Shown piece by piece: positions 13,631 to 28,305 of a stretch of DNA of 64,000 nucleotides (the stretch's first letter is position 1; the number at the start of each line of letters is the position of its first letter). The stretch spans positions 103,478,001-103,542,000 of the forward strand of contig OX597814.1 in the NCBI GenBank assembly GCA_951406725.2, read 5' to 3'. The translations under genes were made by a program, and so were the position numbers. This DNA is from Octopus vulgaris. Lineage: Eukaryota. Below the pieces are notes generated by a model. The model was given only the letters and a program-made list of their open reading frames with translations, did not search any database and had not been told where the DNA came from.

Positions 13631-15061
13631 AATACATTCTCATGATAGCTGTTAGTTCACCTAATCCATAGAATCCCAGCATGAAAAACATTCAACAAAG
13701 TGGGCGCGAAACCACGAACCAAAGGAGCTTCTCGATAAGGCGGCGCCATCTTCTAGAAAAAGCAGCTAAACCTTCCGCAAGTCACATCTTGCAAAAGCCC
13801 AAACTGTTTCAGACCCTCCAAGACAGGGGCTAAAATGTTTTTAAAATTCAATTTCAGTAATTTTACAACTTTGAGGTTAAAAGTAAAACAAAGGATGAGA
13901 TGGTTATTAAAACAGTGAGGGTGGGTGGTTGACATATTGTTCCAGGGAAGAAGTATCAAAGAAAGTGTTTCAGGACAGTAACTGGAGAGTAACGAAGAGA
14001 GTCCGTTGTAGGATAGAGGTTAGGTCTACCTTGGTTTACCTTTCACTGAAGAGTCGAAAAGTTTTTAAGAGTAAATGAAAAAAAAAAACCTAACGAAAGC
14101 AATGGTAAATTTTAATATGATGGTCATGCTGCCGCAAGGCCACATCCTGCTGGGTGGACATGGCTTAACGTGTCTTATTTTTCAGTCGTAATCTGCAAAA
14201 TCTGAATAAATATATATCAAATAAGCGCAAGAGTCTGACTGGTTCATTTGCTTCTGAGTTACATCCTCGGTCCAACACCACTTGACATAGATCGTAACAA
14301 GATAGTTGAGTACTCTCTGACATCAGGAAGCTTTTCAATACACAGAGCAGTCAACAAATTACATCCTAATTGGTTTAAAATGTCACATTTACTAGAAAAA
14401 TGGGTTGTTGTTATTGTTGCTGCTGTTGTTGTTGCTGTTGTTGATATATCTGTTGAAAGGTATTCTCAGTATATTTTGTAGTAGTAACTCGTTAAGTGTA
14501 CAAATGTCACTGAATACGCACTTGATTTCACAAAACAATCCGGTTGACTAACAGCAGAAAGGGAATTATATTTATCTTATTGCGTTGTTGGTCCGTATGT
14601 TTCCTAAACCAACCAAGCAATTGAAAAGACAAGAAAAAACATGGGTTACACAATTTTAGCAATTAAAGTAATTCGCCATTGAACAAAAGCAGAAGTCACT
14701 CATTCACTTTCAACAACGATAATAATAGTAATAAACACACAACGAATAAATAACCTAGGGATCGTTGAAACCGGTCACTATTAAAGTTCATGCCGACATG
14801 TATTACGCCTTGTCACAACAAATAATTTATGAGTTCTTTGACAAAGTATCGTATATCACATGTCATGATATCCACCGATCAGAGACTTTACAATAACCAG
14901 TTTGCTTACTCGGGTTTCTGTGAACAATTACCACCAAGGTGGACTTAGCTATTTCATTTTAAATGTGAAATTTATGCTCTTGAAAAAAGGTAATGAACGT
15001 CACAACTTCTTATAGTTTTCGACTGAGTAAATCTGAGGTTAGGGTTTCGATCCACAGAAAA

Positions 15062-15209
15062 TTCTTCTTCTTCTTCTTCTTCTTCTTCTTCTTCTTCTTC
15101 TTCTTCTTCTTCTTCTTCTTCTTCTTCTTCTTCTTCTTCTTCTTCTTCTTCTTCTTCTTCTTCTTCTTCTTCTTCTTCTTCTTCTTCTTCTTCTTCTTCT
15201 TCTTCTTCT
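15062..15209. repeat. Pure (TTC)n microsatellite, ~49 units
   Basis: Directly visible. Confidence 0.95.
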
Positions 15210-15943
15210 AAAAGTGTTGTCTCATGCAATGTCGTAATGCTGCGGCAGATTCCAAAATGTTTGATAGGTTAAGCTATCACGAGCTTGCTTCCTTCCTGAA
15301 TCGAAATCTTGAACTTAAACAAGATTACTAAACTGTCTAAGAGTGATAAAATGTTCTGGAAAGGACCCTAATAGCAGGGACATGACACAACTTCGTGACG
15401 TGAAGGAGACGACAAATAAAATATTGATTTGTGGCAGGTTAGAGTCTTTCAATGAAATAGTAACCATTTCTGGCATTTCAGTGGTGCCAAGTCATGCAAC
15501 GAAAGGCCAAGCTTAAATTAGATCTTGTAAAATCTAACTTGGCAGTTAATTCTTTTTTTCTATTCAGCGATTTACTTCTACAGTCGGGTATGGAAAATTG
15601 TATCAAGGATGGCGAATAGCAGATACGGCAGAGAGACGGTGGACGAAAGACGCAATTGGTAGACGTGCAAACACACATTGATAGACGTACACACAGACAC
15701 ACGTACACATATACATGCATATATATATATATATATATATATATAACACATACACATATTTATATGTATACACACAAACTCATACATACGTTTGTATCCA
15801 TATGTATTATCACAGCTGCACATGTATGTACATATACCACGCATACATACACACATACATGCATATACACATACATACAAACATAAATACACACATACAT
15901 ACATACACACGTACATACATACATACATACATACATACATACA

Positions 15944-15976
<33 letters not shown>

Positions 15977-15999
15977 TTATATAATTAAATGATTGTGAT

Positions 16000-17060
16000 C
16001 TTCAAGTATGAAAGAGGAATTAGATAAGGATTAGGAGTTAAAATGTAGATTTATAAGGTTATTAGGGATTACCTAAGGGGTATTGTGGAAATATACTGTG
16101 TGGTTATTTAGGCATTTGGGTTTGTGGTAGAATTTGAATGTGTGAAAAGAGCGGTGGTTGAATGTGCTTAGGGCCCCATTATGTTTATTTAGCAGTGTTG
16201 AAGAGTTGTGCTCCAATATGTGAAGTGCCTCCTTCAGGCAAAACTTGCAGGTTGGTAGGGAAGCCCTGAATCCAATATGGACCCTGGCAAAGTATAGGGT
16301 ATATTTTTATTTTTGAGATGATGTATGTGACTGGCAAGTGTTGTAGATTTACAATGTTTATCGTATCTAAAAGAATGGAGGTGAGCGGCATATCATTGCT
16401 TAAAATATATGGTTGATCCTATGTATACGGCTGTAGAGTTGTGTTGTGTGTTAAGGACAGTGCATTTGTAAATTACATTAATTTCTGCAATGGGTTTGCA
16501 AGGGGCAGATGGCTCCAGGACGGCAGTTACAAGTGGGTGGATTTTGGGGATTGTTTTCAGGAATGGAGGAAGTAATATTGTCGGAGGAGAGGTTAGAGAA
16601 GGGGGTAGAAAGGTCTGAACTATTAATATTATAGTTTCATTAATACTAATATATTATTACTATCATTGATATTTATTACTTTTGTTGTTATTAATTGTAT
16701 TATTTGTAAGAGTGGTAGAGATTGTGGTGGTGTTTTGGGTAGTGTCAGTAGGATGGGTTGGGTTGTGGTTGTGGTCTAATGTAAGGGTTTCTGTGCTGGA
16801 GCTGTGTGCGTGTTGAGCGTTCGTGTAACTAGAGTTGTAATTATGTGAGTTTTGATAGTAGAGAGAAAGCTTTTGTTCATTAGAGGCTGCTATGATAGGT
16901 TCGAAGTTGGGTGGGGCAGAATGGGATAGTTTCAGGGTGGATCTATTAAAGATATAATGATATTTATGCTGACGAGGGAAGTTGGAGTCCAGTGTTTTAA
17001 AGAAGGATTTAGCTAAGTTTATAACGTTAAGTGAGAAGGAGGGGTGTGTACCACAGAATA
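16000..17060 (-). mobile_element. Penelope-like element (Neptune-like), linker and GIY-YIG remnant
   Basis: PSFSLNVINLAKSFFKTLDSNFPRQHKYHYIFNRSTLKLS; downstream CNCRPGAICPL and, after a frameshift, VIYKC...VYIGST. Confidence 0.82.
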
Positions 17061-17094
17061 GAGCGTCCTCCGTTTTCTTTAGAGTGTCTTGCAC

Positions 17095-17143
17095 TGTCTC
17101 TGATGAAGGGATGTATAAAATGTCCCGGAAACAGCTGTAACAT
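17095..17143 (+). ncRNA. Minimal hammerhead motif, inverted relative to the adjacent PLE
   Basis: CTGATGA-AGGGATGtataaaaTGTCCCG-GAAA-CAGCTG-TA; stem I partly eroded. Confidence 0.62.
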
Positions 17144-17221
17144 CTCTTTATACTAATTTTATAAATGTTCTGAAAACTTTCACAGCCTTAGATTTTTTAA
17201 ATCTCATTCTGTTAATTTATA

Positions 17222-17261
<40 letters not shown>

Positions 17262-17476
17262 AGGGACTAAAGCCATCTGAATATATATACGGCGTATATA
17301 TATATAGTATTGATAAAAAAGAAAAGTATCGAAGTTACTTATATCCTTTTACCAATTCAATGATGAAAAATTAAATTATACCATTTAGAAAAATTACATA
17401 TTATAGAAAGATTAAATATAAGATAAAACATTAAGTAATATGCAAAATAGTAAATAAAACGTATATATTTGGTAGA

Positions 17477-17529
<53 letters not shown>

Positions 17530-17588
17530 ATATATATATTATATATTTTGTGAAATTTCATTTGTATTTCTGAATTGAATTTTCAAAA

Positions 17589-17770
17589 TAAGCAACAGGA
17601 CATCAAGAAGTGATGCAGTACGACCGTTTTAAGCGATTCCATTTAATTGCACAATGCAATCATTACATGAATTTAAATGCATTTAAATTGATGTAGTGAT
17701 TGCATTGTTCAATCAAATGGAGCCGCTTAAAACGGTTGTACTGCGTCACCTTTCGATATCCTGTTGCTTA
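17589..17770. repeat. ~180-bp imperfect palindrome (MITE-like)
   Basis: TAAGCAACAGGA...AAATGCATTT...TCCTGTTGCTTA; one arm recurs at ~34716-34812. Confidence 0.8.
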
Positions 17771-17980
17771 AGTTGTATGGATAATAGCATAAGCGGTGCT
17801 AGTCAGCACCTTCCGCCATTTTTGTAACTTCTATTAATTTTGCTCTTAGGTTCTAATTGCTAATAAGCCGCCCTTTTAATTTGTTGTTTACACTTTAGCC
17901 GTTTTGAAAATCAGCACATGATTTCAACGGATTTTCTTATAAGATTGACAAAGGAAGCCGAGTTTAACCCTAGGCGTTAA

Positions 17981-18038
17981 GATCCGCTGATGAGAATTAA
18001 GATGGTCCACATCAAAATTCGAAATCGCTATAGAACTA
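17981..18038 (+). ncRNA. Degenerate hammerhead motif
   Basis: CTGATGA-GAATT..GATG/CATC..AATTC-GAAA-TCGCTA-TA; preceded by TTAACCCTAGG as in the 3199-3272 cassette; stem I poor. Confidence 0.5.
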
Positions 18039-18177
18039 TGTACGCTAGGGACTTACATCCCTTTGTGAATCATTAAGTATATCGCTTTAGTGGCTTTAGA
18101 GTTAATTGAACTCTTATTTTAGCATAAGGGGTGCTAATCAGCACCCCCATCGCTTTAGTGACCTCTTTTAATTTATA

Positions 18178-18230
<53 letters not shown>

Positions 18231-18234
18231 ATGA

Positions 18235-18281
<47 letters not shown>

Positions 18282-18735
18282 ATATAATAATAATAATAAT
18301 AAATGCCCTGATGCAGTACCAGGAAGTGGCTCTCATGGTTTCTGGTCTTAACTGATTGGAAGTGTTATCATGTACATTATTTTGTCTTGGTATAGAAGAT
18401 GGGTTACAGCAAATATTCTGCTCAATACCACAGATTTGCTTGTCAGTTGTTTGACCTTAACCAGCTGACCATGTCCCTTTGTGGCTGACGATATGTGAAT
18501 CTCTGATCACGAGAAGTAGTGGGGGAGCATCATAGCCATGTGTTGAGAGGGATTCTTTGGGGTTTGAATAATTCACCTCTGGAAACATGGGTGCTTCGTT
18601 CAACATCCTTAAACAACTCTTATTCAGGGACCTGTTGAGTTACTCGACCAGAAGAAAAATAAGAAAGCAACGTTCGGTTTGCTGAGTGGAAATTAAAAAA
18701 AACGTCTAATGGAGGCGATGGAGGTGTTTACTTAC

Positions 18736-18801
18736 TGTTTGTAAAACAAAAGTCAGCGAGGCTATTCTCCGGATATACTTGTGGAAGCGGAGTTCCAGGT
18801 A
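18736..18801 (-). CDS. SLC5 symporter, coding exon 2 (66 bp)
   Basis: Acceptor ttttgttctccatttcag, then YLELRFHKYIRRIASLTFVLQT, then donor gtaagt. Phase 0/0 joins exon 1; YLELRF is the conserved SLC5 motif expected next. Not in the ORF track. Confidence 0.92.
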
Positions 18802-19199
18802 CTGAAATGGAGAACAAAAATCAAGAATTATTATGAATAACAATGTTAGCCCCTGCCCCCTTCAATGAATCATCCCTCAGCCCGCTTTCGGTGATCCCTG
18901 GGGGAAGAAGCAGTAAGAGTCATAAATATCTAACCAAGCTGTACCAAATACACTTTCGTTTGAAATAGGAGATACTAAATATACAAACTTATCAGAGAAT
19001 CAGACGTTGAATGGGTAGATTTCAGTCGGTTGGATTAATTCCAGGAGGATATCAGTGCTACTGGTTTTATAAGCTTCAGAAAGATGAAATATAAAATCTA
19101 CAACAGTTGGATTTTAAAACAACAAACCAGTATAAAACAACTTGGAAGATACTCGTGTCTCTGCCAATTCGCTCAGGCTTTAAATAATATTATTATTGT

Positions 19200-19600
19200 G
19201 CATGCCGGGCAAAAGGCTGAGCAACATTTCAGCTGTCGTTGCGCTCTGAGTTGAAATTCCTCCGAGGTCGACTTTGCCTTTCATCCTTTCGGGATCGATA
19301 AATTAAGTACCAGTTGCGTACTGGGGTCGATCTAATCGACTAGCTCCTCCCCCCATATTTTGGGTCTTGTGCCTAGTGTAGAAAGGAATATTATTATTGT
19401 TCTAAGGCGGCGAGCAGGCCGAATCGTTAGCATGCCGGGCAAAAGGCTTTGCCCTCTGAGCTCAAATCCAGTTGAGGTCGACTTAGCCTTTCATCCTTTC
19501 GGGAGTCCAAAAAACTTGTGTCAGTCAAATAATGGGGTCAATATAATCAACTTTCCCACCTCAAAAAGTACTGGCCTTGTTTCAAAATTTGAAACCGTTA
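19200..19600 (+). mobile_element. Two tandem Meta/MESC-like SINE copies
   Basis: GAGGTCGACTTTGCCTTTCATCCTTTCGGGATCGATAAATTAAGTACCAG at ~19263 and a similar segment at ~19475. Confidence 0.78.
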
Positions 19601-20514
19601 TTAGTTAACACGAATATATATTTCTATTCTTTAATTCTTTCCTTCTTTCTACCAGCCCTTTCACACTTCGTTCATTCCACTCTTCGTTCTTTCCTTCCCC
19701 CTCTCTCACATTTCCTGGCCTTCTCTTCATGCTCACTTTCCCCCTCTTTCACTTCACTGTGTTTCATTTTTTCTCGCCCCTCCTTAATTCTTCTATCCCT
19801 CTGCCTCTCTCTCTTCTCTCCCTACGTCACCGGTGTTCGGCCAGGCATGACCTTTCTTTCTTGGTTCGACTACCATCCGTGCAACATCTATATTTCTCCC
19901 CTTGCCTATTAAATTTATGTTCCTGCCGTAAGGCTTTACTTCCACACACGCCAGCTTGACTTGATTCGTCCTTAGTCGAAAGACACCTGTTGTTATTGCA
20001 TTTGTATTTGTGTAACATTTCTCTGTTTTTTCCGTCTTTGTTTTCGTATATATACGCTGCTTTCTTCCAAGGAATCTTATGCTCTTAGCTTAGTTTTTCC
20101 TTGGGGCTGGCCAGATTGGCGCAATCTCGAGTATAATCAGTCAAAATTGCAAAGATAATCTGGAACTCGACTGAGGATAGAAAACTCCGAATGACTTGTC
20201 CTTGTTTTCTTTGTATCGTCTGTCTGGATGTTTTGCGTTCCTGTCCCATTTTTGTATTTTTTATATATAAAATATAGCGGCGTAGTACACTTTGGTCTCA
20301 TATATATATATAAATATGTTCTGATTTCATCTGACTCAGTCACCTTACCTAAAGGTTAAAGAAGCTCAGTTCCTCAAGTGTAAATTGAAGAGAGTTTATA
20401 TATACATATACTATCAATAATAAAATGAATAATAACAAAAATAATATTGGTATCCATCAAGCAAAAGCCGATAAATGGCAATTCCAAAATGCTATAATTC
20501 ATTTATATTTATAG

Positions 20515-21571
<1,057 letters not shown>

Positions 21572-21590
21572 ACATATATACATACACCTA

Positions 21591-21626
<36 letters not shown>

Positions 21627-21631
<5 letters not shown>

Positions 21632-22164
21632 AGATAAGAAAATGGAGAAATACATCTAAATCAAATATCAATTATCGGAACATATATATATTTACTAATT
21701 TATATTATTTATTTACATTATTATGTATATGTTTATTTTTATATTTACAGGAGTGTGAGTATATGCACTCATATGTATATGTATATCTCCGAAGAGGCCT
21801 TATGATACTTTTGTAAATGTCTCATTTATATCCATATATTGACCTACCATAAAAGGCTAATATTGGTAAAATGAGACATACTTATCTACATGGCCGAAAC
21901 AGCTGTAAGATGTAATCTATACTTATATTTATATTTCCTTATATTTATATTCTCTTTTTTATATATATTCTACTTATTATACAACATTACTCTTTTATGT
22001 ACACTTTTTTATGTACATTCCTTTATGTACACTGATTTGTTCTGTTTTTTTTTATGTTTAACCCTACAATCTCTTATGTGGTGGTTTAATAAAGTATGTG
22101 ATTGAGTATTATCTGATAATTGATATTTGATTTAGATGTATTTCTCCATTTTCTTATCTTGTAT
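21627..22164. repeat. ~53-bp inverted repeat enclosing a hammerhead cassette
   Basis: 21627-21680 ATACAAGATAAGAAAATGGAGAAATACATCTAAATCAAATATCAATTATC is inverted at 22112-22164. Confidence 0.85.
21782..21914 (+). ncRNA. Type I hammerhead motif (CCGAAGA core variant) with extended stem II
   Basis: TATATCT-CCGAAGA-GGCC...ATGTCTCATTT/AAATGAGACAT...GGCC-GAAA-CAGCTG-TA-AGATGTA. Confidence 0.75.
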
Positions 22165-22333
22165 TAGTAATTTGTGGTAAATCATTTTACCTTTGCCCAT
22201 ATAATAGAGTAAATGAATTGATTGCATCGCAATCCTTAACATTTATATATTAACTTTGTTGGGTACTTCACTAGCAGTATATTGGATATATGTTATCCCA
22301 TAGAGGGTTGCATTTACAATCCCTATCTCAATT

Positions 22334-22368
<35 letters not shown>

Positions 22369-22371
22369 ATA

Positions 22372-22404
<33 letters not shown>

Positions 22405-22410
<6 letters not shown>

Positions 22411-23032
22411 TATGTGGGCACAGGACGTCACGAAACATGTACAAAAAATACGAAGCACGAGCACATGGAACATGAGCTATTCTTTCGAACAACGAATGAC
22501 ACAAAAGGAAAACGAAACAAACAACATAAAGAACGACCCTTCATCAGTTGTTGGCTGTTTTTTTTTTGTCTCCTATTTCGAGCATTTAACAACACTATAC
22601 GCTTTCGATAAAACAGTTTCTTCCGCAAGGCAAAATAAATAAAATTTGGGATTTTGCGGAGGGTCAAAATTTGTAACAAAAACAGGACAGTGAAAACAAA
22701 CAGGAAGGGCTGCTAAGCCTAAACATGGCTGTGGTGGCGAAAGCGTAAATCAAGCTAGGACAGCCGACAAAGAAGAACACGTCTTCGTTGTTCCAGCTAC
22801 AACGGAGAGAAAGAAAGATGCTCAGATGGGAGCGACGTATGTAAGGGGGAAGGAGTGAGGGAGAGAGAATGACAGAGTAATAGGATAGAATAGTGGAAGA
22901 AGAGGAGGTAAAAGAATGAGAGAGAGAGAAAAAGAGAGAAAAACGAAGGAGTAAAAAGATCGTATTGAGTGCGCATCAGAATTATTAAGATAAAACTTAC
23001 TTGGAAGAGGATGCATGGCGTTCAATCATATG

Positions 23033-23099
<67 letters not shown>

Positions 23100-23150
23100 T
23101 AAATATATTTATACATATGCATATATACATACATCTATACGTATATATAT

Positions 23151-23207
<57 letters not shown>

Positions 23208-23432
23208 TATATGCATATGTGGGCAAAGGACATCAAGAAAGGTGTACAAAAAAGTACAAAGCACGAGTACATGGAACATGAACTATTCTTTCGAACAACG
23301 AAAGACACAAATGGAAAGCAAAACAAACAACGTAAAGAACCTCTCTTCATCTGTTGTTGGCTGTTTTTCTAGTCTCGCATTTCGAGCATTTAACAACAAT
23401 ATACGCTTTCGATAAAACAGTTGCTCCCGCAA
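22405..23432. repeat. Two diverged direct copies of an unclassified repeat
   Basis: ATGCATATGTGGGCA...CGCTTTCGATAAAACAGTT..CCGCAAG at ~22405-22630 and ~23210-23432. Confidence 0.75.
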
Positions 23433-24397
23433 GAGACGACGTATTGATGACGCAGTCAATGTGGTAGATTATCTTATGTATTTTATTTTCAGAAGAAAAA
23501 GGTCGGAAGATCTCTGAAATTTTAGTCGCTTTCGAAAGACTGTAAAATACTTTTGGTTTTGCTAGAGTTAAATATATTTTTTTAGTTATTTGGTGGGTGA
23601 AGCATTGTGGTTGCGAAGTAGAAGTGATTTAGTACTGTATCATGCGTAGGATAATTTATTTGCGGGGAGAAAGAAGATGTAGTAGATCAAGGAAAGGAAG
23701 GGAAAAGAGAATGAGAAGAAAGAAGAAAAGAAGGAAGGAGTTAAACAGGTAGGGGTGGTGGTAGAGGTGGAAAAAATAAGGCAGGTAAATGCAATTCTTT
23801 GTTAGTTTTGTTGAATCAAGGTAGCTGGCTTCTATTTCAGCTGGTTCTCTTTAGTCCAGGGTAATAAATAATGACTGCATAAGCAAACGCTAGACTGGTT
23901 TGTGATGATACAATGAGACTTAGAATGTTTTGATATCTTGGCATCTTGGACAGTCGCCACAGCTTACAGCAAAGTCTTTTTACTCGAAAATCTGTGACGT
24001 ATATGAATTGCCTACATAGAAACTTGGCAGCTTCACGAGTCTGAGAAACACGGGTCAGCAGTTTCTTCCCGATCAACCTTTATTGCGATCAAATGCTTGT
24101 GCTGTACATTAGCCCATTCCTTCAATCAATGTTGCTTCTACTGGTGCACAGTGTGCCACACGCCAGGTGTCGCAGTGATCGCAGATGGAGTGTTTTGCTC
24201 AAAAACACAATGGTCCGGGAATCGAACCCATGATCTCGTGATCGTGTGTATAACACCCTAACCGGTAGGCCAGCGCTCTCATACATACATACATACATAC
24301 ATACATACATACATACATACATACATACATACGTACATACACACGTACATACATACATACATACATACATACATACATACATACATACATACATACA

Positions 24398-24665
24398 TGA
24401 TGGCTGCCTCCTCGTTATCGAAGCTTAACTGTTATTGGTGCTGTGATCGAATGTGACTTTTTAGCCCAGCTAAAGATCTACAATGTCTTGTACAGAATTG
24501 GCAGTTAAAAACCTTTACCGGCAATAGCCGGCTGTAGTTGTAACTGGGCTTCATGTACCTTTGCATGTCATTTAAGTCCTCCTGCCCAATTACACTATCT
24601 TCCACATGCCTGACAGATATGATTAGTACGGTGTGTAACACCACCACCAGTGGCCAGGTTGTCCC
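24398..24665 (-). mobile_element. RTE-clade LINE 3' end
   Basis: FNCQFCTRHCRSLAGLKSHIRSQHQ*, the C2H2-like terminus typical of RTE ORFs; flanked by (CATA)n. Confidence 0.65.
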
Positions 24666-26149
24666 ATACATACATACATACATACATACATACATACATA
24701 CAGTCGCGCGCGCACGTATCACATACACATATTCTTTTGGTAGTCTCTCGAGTTCATGGAAGACGATTCCGCCATTTCTTGCTGGATAATTTGTACAGAT
24801 AAATTGTTTAAAGTGAACAAATAACTGTGTTGTGTATTAGCCATCGATATTGTCTGAACAGCTGCGCAGTTTACCGCTCATCAGATGTCGAAGTGATCGC
24901 ACAGCATCGTGAAATGGTGTCTTGTTCAAGAACACAACACACTACCCGCTCCAGCTACCGAAACCATGATCTCGCGATCTAAAGTGCAACGTTCTAACCA
25001 CTAGACTACGCACACACATGCACACACCGCACTCACACACTCACAAATACACGCACAAACACACACGTACATATGTCCCCCCCCCTCCTCCCATCCTTCT
25101 TGATCACCTTTACAAATAGAAACATAAACGAGACCATCACTACAACTGCAACGACACACCACCACTACCACCACCACCACCACCGCCGCCGCTGCCGCCG
25201 CCATCCCCACCATCACCCCTCTCCCCTCCCCCCATCACTTCACACCCACCATAATCACCATCTTGCTACTCATTTACATTCACAATACCGCAACACCTTC
25301 ACCGCCGCTGCCTCCACCACTCTCACACCTTCGCCACCACCATTCTTACACCTCCTCTTCTTCCCTCTTCCCCCACCCTTCACTCCCACAGCATCAACAA
25401 CGTTATTCAATCTGCCAGGTTCAGAATCACATGAAACATTTCAGAGACACCCATCCCGTTTGTTCAGACATTCCTCTCCAAACTTTTCTTAAGTATCTTT
25501 TCATACCGTTTTGACATTAGGCTTCACAGGTTGACACACAACACCTTAATTGCCAACAGCTACACACACACACGCTCGCATTTACCTGAAACAGCAATAT
25601 TTACTATTGCTTAGGTTCTTTGTTTAACTAAAGTATCTTAATTAAAGTTTGGATTCCTCTTGAATATTCAGGCAGACAGCTTGTGATGTCCCTCCCCCCC
25701 ACCAAATGGAACACTTAGCTGGACCGAGGAAATATGTGTCATAATGCAGGCGATCAAAAGAGCTTTTGACAAAATCTAGAACAATGAAGTGGCGTTCCAA
25801 GATGGAATAGATACACGAGAACAAGAGAGTTGGCAGCAAAGGTGATGTATAAATGTGTCAGTCTTGCTATATTTAAAGTGAGACATTGTGGAAGGAGACC
25901 AGCGCCAGTAACGAGATGGATGTCTCAACATTTGGTAGAATTTATTTGACAGCCAGCTTGAACAGTCGTTTTGTTTAGGATGAAGCCTTCATCACGTAAC
26001 TGAAATCACAGCCTATTCTCTTCAAAAAGAAGGAAGGACAAACAGGCTGAGTAGTCCTAGCAAACAATATGTGTCAAAGATGGAATAGTCACAGCAGGAA
26101 GATTTTTCATCATCGATTACTTCTTCAAAGAATGGCAACAATCACACGG

Positions 26150-26898
26150 AGATATTTCAACAAAATATAAGGATTTTAGTGAGAAAGAAGTTCATAAAAA
26201 TATAAAATGTTGCAATTCTGAAAAGATTCATAGCAAGATTGTGGCGAAGAGGGACTGAAACGGAAACTTTTTTATATGATCGAGTAATGAAGGATCAGAT
26301 CATGGAATATGGTCACATCTCTTGTCTGAGGCCTCAAAAGTTCAAGAGCCAGTGATGGGCACAGAAAATCAGGGTTATGACAAGGGCATCATTCTTTTTG
26401 ATTTTCTGGAATATGGTTGTACCATCAACAGCAAGAAGTACACTGTGGCTTTCGAAAAGTTTAGAGAAGTCATTAAGAAGAAACCGAAAAAAGAATCTGT
26501 AAGCGTTCCACATTCACCATTTCATTGAGTGAAGGAACGCGTTTGGTGGCAAATCATTCAATCGGTAAATTGGGATGGTTATTGTTTCCCATTTATTGAC
26601 TCTATAAATCAGATCTGGCACCCTCCGACTTTCCGCTCGGTCCGGACTTCGATGACAGATACAAGATGGAGGGGCTTTTGAATCAGTGGATCCGACAATG
26701 AACGCCTAATTTTTTTTCAGGAGGATCTGGAAGTTGGGTTCAATGATGACGTAAATAAATCACTTGTGACGGAGACTGCTTTGAGTTGTACATTTGTAAA
26801 GAGGAAGAATTACTCCATCAACATGTGTAATTTGAATGACTTATGTCAGTTAAAAAAAAGTAGTGCCTAGTTTGGCGTTACTTTCGGTACAGCTCGTA
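26150..26898 (+). mobile_element. Old mariner remnant
   Basis: DKGIILFDFLEYGCTINSKKY and DLAPSDF in broken frames; TIR-like end ...GTTACTTTCGGTACAGCTCGTA. Confidence 0.65.
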
Positions 26899-27114
26899 GC
26901 TCTTGTGTTTAAAGAATGTTACTTCTAACGAGTTTTTACTAGAAATTTACATTTTGAATTTGTTGAAATTAATAAACCGTGTTTTGCTTTCTGTCAACCA
27001 CAAACGTATAGAAACAGATCTACTTAAGGAAATATCTTTTCCATCATTCTGCTGTGAAGTGAATTCACGTGTTTGTTATATGCAATTTGGTCTGGGTAAA
27101 AATATATGTGTCTC

Positions 27115-27148
<34 letters not shown>

Positions 27149-27189
27149 TGTATGTATGTATGTATGTATGTATGTATGTATGTATTTAC

Positions 27190-28305
27190 GTCATCATTGA
27201 ACCCAAGTTCTAAATCCTCCTGAAAAAACATCAGACGTACATTGTCGGATCCACTGGTTCAAAAGTACCTCCATCTTCTGATCTTAATCATTTAAATTCT
27301 TCCTCTGACGAAGGAGCTGGTTTCTAACAAAGATACAAAGTTGCATCTTTGGAATGATGATAACAAAAACAATGTCACATTTTAAATCAGAGAAAAGTCT
27401 TGCATAGTTTTACTGTTCCGTTTACAGATTGTATTTGTAATGTGCGAATCAGTTGGTTGATTTCTTCTTCTGAAAATGCAAGCTTATCCAAACTAACAGT
27501 TAGGCATTTGCATACAAAACCAAGTGCTCCGGTTATTATTGGAATAAATGTAAATTTGTAGTATGGATATAGAAGCTGGAGCTTTCGAAACAGTTGTCCA
27601 TAGTTATCTTCTGTCTCTTTGATTTTCAAAGAGACACTCACATCAACAGGACAGCTGATCTCCATGACGGTACATATCTTTTCCTTGTCTGTCCCAAACA
27701 ACAACATCCAGCTTGTTCTGCTTACACGTGACTGATGTTTTGATGGGAATGTTCCACCAGTATTCCTTGTGCTGGTTTTTGTGTGCGCATTCAATAACAT
27801 GGGGAATCTCTATATTTATTCCAGGACAGTCGTTTTTCCGGATGGAATTGTATATTGTTTTTGCGACAGTGGGCAACTGCTTCTCACATGTGTGATGTCT
27901 TACACAGAAATATGACATAATCAATAGTTACGGTTGCATCTTGCAACTCCAAGGGCTTCACTGTCTCTTTTGTCGCTTAGGTATTTAGTAGAAATCTGTT
28001 CTTGGATTGTAGATGCATAGCCTTCGAGGTGTTATGTGATGGAGTAGTCACGAGTCCATGAGAGGCTTCGCTTCAATCCAATGTTACTATCTTCTTCAAG
28101 TCATCGAGAAACATACTTATGCATGTCCTTTTTTGGTATGCTGAGCGTTTCATTTCCAGCTCTTATCTGAGGTTTGCTAGTCCGGCTGATTTGGGGTTGT
28201 ATAGCAGGTCATCAGGAAGAGAATACTTCCTGAGGAACCCACTTCCAACATGCAGGATATTTTTGTCTCAAGCCCCTAACTCCTTTATCTCTTCTCAGGT
28301 AGAGC
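27190..28305 (-). mobile_element. R4/Dong-like RLE LINE, 5'-truncated
   Basis: EYWWNIPIKTS...NKLDVVVWD, EISCPVD, IPIITGALG, VNGTVKLCKTFL; embedded in (TATG)n on both sides. Confidence 0.82.

Noticed and set aside
23484-23549. CAGAAGA...GAAAGACTGTA hammerhead-like string
   Set aside because: Core mutated and stem III non-palindromic; possibly ancient but unsupported.
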